Below, piece after piece: positions 1 through 6,017 of a stretch of DNA of 31,236 nt (the first letter of the stretch is position 1; each line of letters opens with the position of its first letter). The notes beneath the pieces were generated by a model, which was given only the letters and a program-made list of their open reading frames with translations, did not search any database and was not told where the DNA came from. This DNA comes from a virus (Duplodnaviria > Caudoviricetes): the IMG/VR virus record IMGVR_UViG_3300017646_000009, positions 1-31,236 of that record; one strand, given 5' to 3'. Made by a program: the position numbers and the translations under genes.

Positions 1-29
1 AGCAGGGTGGTTTTGGGGTCATAGCGCAT
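1..29 (-). CDS. 5' end of a gene running off the left edge (MRYDPKTTL...)
   Basis: ATG at 29 on - strand with GGAG SD at 36-39; only ~9 codons visible. Confidence 0.4.
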
Positions 30-62
30 CGCAGGCTCCGAAGAGGCGGAGTCCTACAGCCG

Positions 63-77
63 GAACAAATTGAGAAC
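63..77. promoter_or_regulatory. Alphaproteobacterial LexA (SOS) box GAAC-N7-GAAC
   Basis: GAAC-AAATTGA-GAAC, exact match to the alpha consensus, between divergent genes and upstream of an SRAP gene. Confidence 0.8.
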
Positions 78-116
78 AAGATTGCGCGCGATCACGTTTT
101 CGGCTTTGCTGCGGCG

Positions 117-281
117 ATGGACAACCGCCCGCTTCTGCTCATCACGATTGCTGCCATTGTCGCGGGCGCCGCCGGCGTCTGGACAGGGCTCGCCTTGGAT
201 TGGTGGCGCGGCGTAGCTGTCTGGCTCATCGGCCTCGGTCTCGTCGTGGCCGTCGCGCTGCTCATGAGGAGGGAAGACTAG
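117..281 (+). CDS. Small 2-TM membrane protein (54 aa), absent from the ORF track
   Basis: MDNRPLLLITIAAIVAGAAGVWTGLALDWWRGVAVWLIGLGLVVAVALLMRRED; stop abuts the GTG of the SRAP gene; no SD, possibly leaderless. Confidence 0.65.
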   Translation: MDNRPLLLITIAAIVAGAAGVWTGLALDWWRGVAVWLIGLGLVVAVALLMRRED

Positions 282-980
282 GTGTGTAACCTCTACTCAG
301 TCACGACGAACGTCGAGGCGATCCGCCAATTCATGCGGGCCGGCCGCGACCTCGTGATCAACGAGGACATCGGAAACTTCCCGCCCCTGCCCGGCATCTT
401 CCCGGACTATAGCGCCCCGATCGTGCGAAACCACGAAGGCGAGCTCGAGCTGGCCATGGCCCGCTGGGGCTTGCCGAGCCCTAAATTTGTGCTGGAGGGG
501 AAGAACAGAGATCCGGGGGTGACCAACGTGCGCAACGTCGGTTCACCGCACTGGCGGCGCTGGCTCGGAGTGGAGAATCGGTGCGTGGTACCGTTCTCGT
601 CCTTCTCTGAGTTCAACAAAGCTGAGGGCGGCGACATCTGGTTCGCCTTTGACGAAGGACGCCCCCTCGCCTTCTTCGCCGGAATTCACGTCCCAGCATG
701 GGCCAGCGTGCGCAAAGTCAAGGAAGGTGAGGTCACGGCCGACCTCTTCGCGTTCCTGACCACAGAGCCAAACGCCGAAGTGAAGGCCATCCACCCCAAG
801 GCCATGCCGGTGATCCTCACTGACGCCGACGAGGTCGAGGCATGGCTACGGGCGCCATGGGAGGAAGCCTCGGCGCTGCAGCGACCTCTGCCCGATGGTG
901 CGCTCACCATCGTCGCGCGCGGCGCCAAGGAAGACCCGCCGGCGACCGCGGCCGCAAAAACCGATCTCTTTGATTTCTGA
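282..980 (+). CDS. yedK: SOS response-associated peptidase (SRAP/YedK/HMCES family, abasic-site protection)
   Basis: N-terminal MCNLY with catalytic Cys2, RWGL, N-x-R, RCVVP..F.E and [10 protein letters not shown] motifs; AGGAGG SD. Confidence 0.93.
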   Translation: MCNLYSVTTNVEAIRQFMRAGRDLVINEDIGNFPPLPGIFPDYSAPIVRNHEGELELAMARWGLPSPKFVLEGKNRDPGVTNVRNVGSPHWRRWLGVENRCVVPFSSFSEFNKAEGGDIWFAFDEGRPLAFFAGIHVPAWASVRKVKEGEVTADLFAFLTTEPNAEVKAIHPKAMPVILTDADEVEAWLRAPWEEASALQRPLPDGALTIVARGAKEDPPATAAAKTDLFDF

Positions 981-988
981 GAGCGCCT

Positions 989-1255
989 ATGCCCGGACAG
1001 ACGCCAATTACCAAAATGCCCACGCTCATCGTCCTCCTGGCCTTCAAGCCGGGCGAGAACGGCGACCTGCAGCCCGCCTTCGAGCCGCGAGAAATGCAGA
1101 GCGAAGAGCGCGCGATCCGCGAGGCGAAGATCATGGCCGGTTCTGGCCAGTTCGCCGGTGTCATCGCCTGGAGCAGGGAAGCGCGCCCGGACATTGGCGA
1201 GTACGGCGAACCTGAGATTTTGTTCCAGGACGGTGACGCGCCGACGATGGAGTGA
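989..1255 (+). CDS. Hypothetical protein (start may be the ATG at 1016)
   Basis: Typical codon usage, in series between SRAP and YdeI genes; ends GVIAWSR...GEYGEPEILFQDGDAPTME. Confidence 0.7.
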   Translation: MPGQTPITKMPTLIVLLAFKPGENGDLQPAFEPREMQSEERAIREAKIMAGSGQFAGVIAWSREARPDIGEYGEPEILFQDGDAPTME

Positions 1256-1261
1256 AGACTG

Positions 1262-1864
1262 ATGGCACCCGTTACTGTCGATCCTACCAAGGTCCGCGAA
1301 TTCGCCGACGCCGCGAGCTTCTACCAGTGGCTGAGCCGTAACCACGACGCGGAAACCGAACTGTGGATCAAGATTCACAAGAAGGGTTCGGGACTTGCCT
1401 CAATCACGCCTGCCGAGGCGGTCGGTGTGGTGCTGTGCTGGGGCTGGATCGACGGCATCCGGAAAGGCTTCGACGACAAGAGCTTTCTACAGCGCTACAC
1501 ACCGCGGGGCCCGAAGAGCATCTGGAGCAAGATCAACGTCGACAACGTCGCGCGGCTCGTCGAAGAAGGCCGGATGACCGAGCACGGACTGAAGCACGTC
1601 GAAGCGGCCAAGGCAGACGGACGGTGGCAACGGGCCTACGACGGCGCTCAGAACATGGCGATCCCGCCCGACCTGCAGGCGGCTATAGACGCAGAACCCA
1701 AGGCAAAGGCCATGCTGGAAACCTTGAGTTCGCAAAACCGCTTTGCGCTCGCCTTCCGCGTCCAAAATATGAAGACCGAAGCCGGCCGACGGAAGAAGAT
1801 CGAGGCGTTCGTCGAAATGCTGAAACGCGGGGAGACCATTCATCCGCAACGTAAGCGGATGTAG
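1262..1864 (+). CDS. YdeI/OmpD-associated (OmdA) family protein
   Basis: WL..NH, CWGWIDG, QRYTPR.PKSIWSKIN, KADGRWQRAY, IPPDLQAAI and KTEAGRRKKI motifs. Confidence 0.88.
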   Translation: MAPVTVDPTKVREFADAASFYQWLSRNHDAETELWIKIHKKGSGLASITPAEAVGVVLCWGWIDGIRKGFDDKSFLQRYTPRGPKSIWSKINVDNVARLVEEGRMTEHGLKHVEAAKADGRWQRAYDGAQNMAIPPDLQAAIDAEPKAKAMLETLSSQNRFALAFRVQNMKTEAGRRKKIEAFVEMLKRGETIHPQRKRM

Positions 1865-1865
1865 A

Positions 1866-1931
1866 ATGGGTCCCGGATACGGCCTGCCCGATATCCTGTT
1901 CGCCTGGGGCGATGTGCCCGAGATGGAGTAG
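1866..1931 (+). pseudogene. Remnant 3' end of a homolog of the 989-1255 gene
   Basis: Translates MGPGYGLPDILFAWGDVPEME*; 11/17 identical to YGEPEILFQDGDAPTME* (1202-1255). Confidence 0.7.
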
Positions 1932-1932
1932 C

Positions 1933-2247
1933 CTACTCCCTTCCGCTCCGCCGGATCATCTCCTCCCTTAGCTGCGCCACCTGGTCGCCATGGCGCTTGA
2001 GGCTGTCGTCGATCTGGTCTGCCATCCGCGATGCCGCGCCCTTGGCCGAATGCACCTCCTCTGTGAGGCCATCGATCGACTGCGCCAGCTTGTTGATGGC
2101 ACTGTTGTCCACGATCGCGCCGGCGACCTCGGCCGTCTTGCTCGGCTTGCCGCGATAGTGCTGGATGAGCGCGACCGCAACGGCGCTAACCATAGCGACA
2201 ACGGCCACCTTCACCTCGGCCGGCTGCTCGGCAAACCACTCGATCAT
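1933..2247 (-). CDS. Lysis-module membrane protein (N-terminal TM + coiled coil)
   Basis: Hydrophobic VAVVAMVSAVAVALI then heptad-like region; ATGA overlap with upstream gene. Confidence 0.7.
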   Translation of the reverse strand: MIEWFAEQPAEVKVAVVAMVSAVAVALIQHYRGKPSKTAEVAGAIVDNSAINKLAQSIDGLTEEVHSAKGAASRMADQIDDSLKRHGDQVAQLREEMIRRSGRE

Positions 2248-2675
2248 ACGCCCTCCCGCTGCGCCTTCCTGTCAGCGGTCACCCGCATCGCGTTGTAGAT
2301 GTCGGCAAGCATGAGCGCCGAATAGGTGACCACGCCAAAGGCGATAGAGGTCGAGGTGGACCCCTCGGCGAAGCGGCCCACGAACAGGCCATAGTACCCG
2401 GCGCCGAGGACGGCCCCGGCCAGCCGCGCGGGGATCGACACCCTGGGATCGCGACCGTTTATGAAGAGTGCTGAGAGCCGCATCCCACCCAGCGCAACTC
2501 CCATGGCGGCCCAGGCGGCGGGGCGCATAAGCTGGGAAAAGCTCTCCAGCCCAACCCGGTCGAAACTCGCCGGAAAAATCAACATGGCGAGGCCAAGGGC
2601 GAAGATCAGCCCTGAGCACAGCCATTCGAGAGCGCGCGCCGGAAAGCGCTCCCGGATATGGAGGAAGATGGTCAT
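2244..2675 (-). CDS. 4-TM membrane protein in lysis module (holin-like)
   Basis: Four hydrophobic segments; position downstream of endolysin. Confidence 0.7.
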   Translation of the reverse strand: MTIFLHIRERFPARALEWLCSGLIFALGLAMLIFPASFDRVGLESFSQLMRPAAWAAMGVALGGMRLSALFINGRDPRVSIPARLAGAVLGAGYYGLFVGRFAEGSTSTSIAFGVVTYSALMLADIYNAMRVTADRKAQREGV

Positions 2676-2678
2676 CGG

Positions 2679-3104
2679 TTAGCGCGTGCCGGTGCGGTTC
2701 TCGATCGGCCCGTCATAGCCGGTGAGCGCCCGCGCCTCCTCTTCGGTCAGCACCGGGATCTTCGGCCGCAGCAGCTTGGTGAGCCCGAAATCATCGAGGC
2801 CGAAAAAGCCGATCGCATCCGGCACGCTATCGCGCACGTAACCGATGGCGTCCTCGAGCAGTTGCCGCATCAGCGCCGGGTCGCGCAAATCGATCTGCCC
2901 TCCCCGCTCGATCAGTAGGTCGAGGGCATAGATGGCGCCGTTCTCCAGAGCCGACTGCAGCGCTTCGCGGTGCTTGGCCTCGATCTGGATACCCGTCCAG
3001 GCATGAAAGCGTTGCGCCGCCCAGGTCACGACCGCACCGATCAGGGTGATCATGAGCGGCACGAGCACCTGCTCGGTGAGGATGGAAACAATCGTCGTCG
3101 ACAT
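2679..3104 (-). CDS. Putative holin (N-terminal TM + helical region)
   Basis: VLVPLMITLIGAVVTW TM, IEAKHREALQSALENG; directly after endolysin; AGGAG SD. Confidence 0.65.
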   Translation of the reverse strand: MSTTIVSILTEQVLVPLMITLIGAVVTWAAQRFHAWTGIQIEAKHREALQSALENGAIYALDLLIERGGQIDLRDPALMRQLLEDAIGYVRDSVPDAIGFFGLDDFGLTKLLRPKIPVLTEEEARALTGYDGPIENRTGTR

Positions 3105-3113
3105 GGTGGTCTC

Positions 3114-4061
3114 CTAGTTGCGGCCGAACAGCCATGAAAAAAGGGCGCCCAAGGCGCCCCAGAGGGTTTGTGGTTTCTGCCCCGCCCATTCAGGCGGCGG
3201 CGGTGTCTTGTCGGCCACCATGGTCGCGACCGCTTTCGCGATGGCGGCATGGGTCTTCGGCCCGACGATGCCGTCGGCCGTGAGCCCATGGGCGACCTGG
3301 AAGGTCTTGACGGCCGCCACGGTCTTGGGGCCGAAGCGGCCGTCCACGGCCCCCGGGTCGAAGCCGAGGGCGACGAGGTCGGCCTGCAGGTTGCGGACCG
3401 CCTCCCCTTTCATGCGCTCGCGCAAGGTGACGGTCGACGGCGCGGGAATGTTCATGGGATCGCCTCCCTTGTGCTTGCGGTAGGCCGCAGCGAGCTTGGT
3501 GTGGTATTCGTTCTTGGCGTAGCCGGCGCCGTTGTAGCGCCGGGCGATGTCGGCCCAGTTCGCGGCCAGGGTGAAGTCCCTGCCCCGCAGCAGTGTGTCC
3601 AGGCCCCAGTCCTTGAGCAGCACGACCATGGCGAGGAGCTGTTCGCGCTCGCCCTGCATCATGGCCAGGACCATCAGCTCGGCCGAGGCAAAGCCCGCCG
3701 CGCGATGGTTTTCGCCGAGGATTTGCGGCAATCCATAGGATCCCGAGCGCAGCCCCGGCTCCCTTGCCAGAGCGACGGCTTGCTCCAGGCGGGGATAGCT
3801 GTCGGCCGGATAGGGTTTGGCGCCCCAGCTCTTGTAGGCAAGCCCGAGCGCCGCGGCGCGGTCGCGCAGCGCGCCGGAAAGATTGCGCCAGAACACATGC
3901 GGCTCGAACAGCATCTTGGGCCGGTTCTTGCCGTCGAAGCCCCGGCCGGCCGCCTCCACCTCGAGGAAGGCCAACAGAACGGCCGTTTCGACGCCGAGCA
4001 CGCGCGCGGCATCGCCAACGTCGCCCTGCGCAAGGCGGCGCCCCGTCCCCACGAAGTTCAT
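3114..4061 (-). CDS. Endolysin: N-acetylmuramidase (DUF3380-type) + C-terminal peptidoglycan-binding domain
   Basis: VEAAGRGF..RPKMLFEPHVF, SYGLPQILGENH, RYNG.GY..N.Y..KL motifs; PG_binding_1 motifs DGRFGPKT/ADGIVGPKT; start at 4061 supported by AGGAG SD. Confidence 0.92.
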   Translation of the reverse strand: MNFVGTGRRLAQGDVGDAARVLGVETAVLLAFLEVEAAGRGFDGKNRPKMLFEPHVFWRNLSGALRDRAAALGLAYKSWGAKPYPADSYPRLEQAVALAREPGLRSGSYGLPQILGENHRAAGFASAELMVLAMMQGEREQLLAMVVLLKDWGLDTLLRGRDFTLAANWADIARRYNGAGYAKNEYHTKLAAAYRKHKGGDPMNIPAPSTVTLRERMKGEAVRNLQADLVALGFDPGAVDGRFGPKTVAAVKTFQVAHGLTADGIVGPKTHAAIAKAVATMVADKTPPPPEWAGQKPQTLWGALGALFSWLFGRN

Positions 4062-4086
4062 GGGACTCTCCTGTCTCTTGATATGG

Positions 4087-4106
4087 AAAAGCCGCCCATA
4101 GGCGGC
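4087..4106 (-). terminator. Intrinsic terminator just upstream of the endolysin SD
   Basis: GCCGCC-TATG-GGCGGC then TTTT on - strand. Confidence 0.7.
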
Positions 4107-4108
4107 GA

Positions 4109-4133
4109 GGAACATTCAATCGGAAGAGCCGTT
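4109..4133 (+). promoter_or_regulatory. EcfG/sigmaT/RpoE2 general-stress-response promoter
   Basis: GGAAC (4109-4113), 16-nt spacer, CGTT (4130-4133); matches the alphaproteobacterial GSR consensus. Confidence 0.6.
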
Positions 4134-4139
4134 AGAGAG

Positions 4140-4432
4140 CGCAGCGGACTCCATCTCCGCCATGAGAACCGCTCGCTCTGCAATCCTCCATGGGCTGGCG
4201 AGCGGTTCGCTCTAATCTTCAAAGGGCCGAGCTCCGCGCCTCAAAAGGGCTTCGTCCTGCGCAGGCATAAGTTCTGGAATTTCGCCGCTCTCGGCAACCA
4301 AAGGCGAGCGAGCGCGTTCAAAGCTCGCGGAGCCAACCCGCACCCTGGTCTCCATCAACCTGCAGCAGGGCTGATGGCCCGACATTCTCCAAGCCGCTCG
4401 TGTCGTACCCCCAACGACACGGGCGGTTTTTG
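4140..4432 (+). ncRNA. Candidate structured small RNA with CUCC loops
   Basis: Dense helices (4144-48/4156-60; perfect 11 bp 4166-76/4198-208; 4231-38/4326-33; 4352-57/4372-77); upstream promoter, downstream terminator; no credible ORF. Confidence 0.55.
4391..4431 (+). terminator. Long + strand intrinsic terminator
   Basis: 16-bp stem AAGCCGCTCGTGTCGT/ACGACACGGGCGGTTT; both non-canonical pairs are G-U only on + strand; ends in a T run. Confidence 0.75.
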
Positions 4433-4451
4433 CTTTCTGTCTCTGGACATG

Positions 4452-4473
4452 AAAAAGCCGCCTCGGAGGCGGC
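4452..4473 (-). terminator. Intrinsic terminator
   Basis: GCCGCCT-CCG-AGGCGGC then TTTTTCATG on - strand. Confidence 0.75.
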
Positions 4474-4503
4474 AAACGGTGGGCCTACTGGGGCATAAGC
4501 GCG

Positions 4504-4719
4504 TTAGTCGCCCTCTTCCTCAGCTTCGGGTTCCTGCGCCGGTGTTACCACTGCCTCGGCCGGCCAGTGCGCCTTCGCCTGGCCATCATCGAAACCGGCA
4601 ATCACGCCGCCATCCTCGGCCTTGAACCGAAGGCCCGCGCCGTCCTTCTCAACGGACGCGACGCCTTCGATGGTGATGGTGGTGCCGTCTGCCAGCCGGA
4701 CGGTGTAGGAAGTAGTCAT
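4504..4719 (-). CDS. Small acidic hypothetical protein (71 aa, MTTSYTVRLADG...)
   Basis: AAGGAG SD upstream of ATG 4719; typical codon usage. Confidence 0.7.
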   Translation of the reverse strand: MTTSYTVRLADGTTITIEGVASVEKDGAGLRFKAEDGGVIAGFDDGQAKAHWPAEAVVTPAQEPEAEEEGD

Positions 4720-4871
4720 GAATGTGCTCCTTGGAGGGGGATTGATGAAAAGGACGACATGTTGCTTTGCCGTATACTCCGCCCTGCCGGACGGTAATTT
4801 TGCCACCGGGGCTGCCTTCGCGGTAAATTCCTAGGGATGACGATCGGCCATAGCCCCCATCAGTTCGTGCC

Positions 4872-5132
4872 TCAGCGTGTGCTCGTGGACTTCATGACGT
4901 CGGCGGGGCTTGTCCACCGCCCGTGAACCCAAACGCGCCCATTGGGTGCCGGCGCAATCTTTGAGCCTTCAACGACTTGCGCAGTTATGTTGCTGGCCCT
5001 CACCTCGCCGCAGGACGCAGGCCTCGCAGTTACGCTCGGGCAGCGGATGACATCGAGCGTGATGTAGCCGGCTACGAGCTTTCGGGGATCGAAGGCCTGC
5101 GGTCGTTCTTCAATGTCCGGCATTGGATTCAC
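4872..5132 (-). CDS. Hypothetical protein, possibly a degenerate fibre-repeat fragment
   Basis: ATGA overlap with upstream gene; KLVAGYIT and ITAQVVEGSKIA resemble the tail-fibre repeats. Confidence 0.4.
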   Translation of the reverse strand: MNPMPDIEERPQAFDPRKLVAGYITLDVIRCPSVTARPASCGEVRASNITAQVVEGSKIAPAPNGRVWVHGRWTSPADVMKSTSTR

Positions 5133-5335
5133 TCCGCCGCCTGGTTAGCTTCACCAATCGCCGCAAGGCGCGCCTGCAGGTCTTCGATGGTGATCTCCTT
5201 GTTGACGCCCGCGATTTCAAGATCGGTGATGGTCTGCTTGTACTTGTTGACGAGGCGATAGAGCGTCTTCATCTCCGCGTCCTTGGCTGTAAGGGTCGCT
5301 TCGAGTTCGGCAATGCGTTCGTTTTCTTTGCTCAT
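5129..5335 (-). CDS. Small coiled-coil protein
   Basis: AAGGAAG SD; heptad pattern RIAELEATLTAKDAEMKTL. Confidence 0.65.
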   Translation of the reverse strand: MSKENERIAELEATLTAKDAEMKTLYRLVNKYKQTITDLEIAGVNKEITIEDLQARLAAIGEANQAAE

Positions 5336-5355
5336 CGGTCTTCCTTTGTTTGCAC

Positions 5356-5380
5356 AAAAAAGCCCGCCGGAGCGGCGGGC
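5356..5380 (-). terminator. Intrinsic terminator after tail-fibre accessory genes
   Basis: 8-bp stem GCCCGCCG/CGGCGGGC then T6. Confidence 0.8.
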
Positions 5381-5395
5381 GGAATTGGTGATGGT

Positions 5396-5629
5396 CTATT
5401 CGATGGGTGGCCAGTGCCGGTCATCGGCATAGCCGCCCGGTATCGGCTCCAACCGCTCCAGCGCATTGGATGCGGCCCGGATCGCGTCGATCTCAGAGGC
5501 CATGGCGGTGAGTGCCGCGCCGCCCTCTCGCATCACGTTCACCTGCCGCCACAGCGGCCATCGCGCGGTGATGCGCCGCTCGGCCTCGTCCCGAACCTGG
5601 GCGGCGGTGATCCGGACATCAAACCGCAT
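5396..5629 (-). CDS. Tail-fibre-associated small protein (assembly chaperone-like)
   Basis: EAERRI...WRQ.N...IDAIRAASN.LE...IP..YADDRHWP; downstream of fibre gene. Confidence 0.65.
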   Translation of the reverse strand: MRFDVRITAAQVRDEAERRITARWPLWRQVNVMREGGAALTAMASEIDAIRAASNALERLEPIPGGYADDRHWPPIE

Positions 5630-6014
5630 GGATCATGATCTCCTGGACCCGCTGCGGGAAAGGCGGCCAGAGGCGCAGCCGATATTCTCCTGGGACGCTC
5701 GCGGTAAAGACGACCTCACCATCGGCTACCTCTTCCAGCGGACTGCCTTCCAGCCCGGCCCTGGTTCCATTGGGCACCAAGAGCCTGAATTCATCCGCGC
5801 CGTTCGCGGCGATGGTCACGCCACCGCCCTCGAACACGGCTGGGCGCTCCACCAATGCGCCGCCAAAGACATAATGCGTGGTATCGTCCACCCCGGGCGC
5901 GGCCTCGACATGGCCGCGCCCATGAAGGTTCTCGTGCAGAGACTGGGCATTTGCCACGTCGATTACCGCCTCGATTTCACCCGTCGCCGGGTCGAAGAGT
6001 GCATAGCGCGCCAT
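5619..6014 (-). CDS. Tail-fibre-associated hypothetical protein
   Basis: Starts 3 nt after the fibre stop; typical codon usage. Confidence 0.75.
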   Translation of the reverse strand: MARYALFDPATGEIEAVIDVANAQSLHENLHGRGHVEAAPGVDDTTHYVFGGALVERPAVFEGGGVTIAANGADEFRLLVPNGTRAGLEGSPLEEVADGEVVFTASVPGEYRLRLWPPFPQRVQEIMIHAV

Positions 6015-6017
6015 GGT

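Larger units (their letters stand above)
4071..4462. repeat. Imperfect direct repeat pair (4071-4096 and 4437-4462), each leading into a - strand terminator
   Basis: CTGTCTCTTGATATGGAAAAGCCGCC vs CTGTCTCTGGACATGAAAAAGCCGCC, 23/26 identical. Confidence 0.85.

Noticed and set aside
4123-4220. Outer helix GAAGA..TTAGAG / CTCTAA-TCTTC as part of the sRNA
   Set aside because: The 5' arm overlaps the predicted EcfG promoter, so it would not be transcribed if that promoter is real; left unresolved
4212-4475. 87-aa - strand ORF and a 17-aa + strand mini-ORF (4162-4215) as a type I toxin
   Set aside because: Neither is hydrophobic or toxin-like; the longer one starts inside a terminator; RNA structure explains the region better
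3168-4625. 485-aa + strand ORF crossing the lysin and the sRNA region
   Set aside because: Antisense shadow of the endolysin; runs through terminator hairpins; unnatural composition
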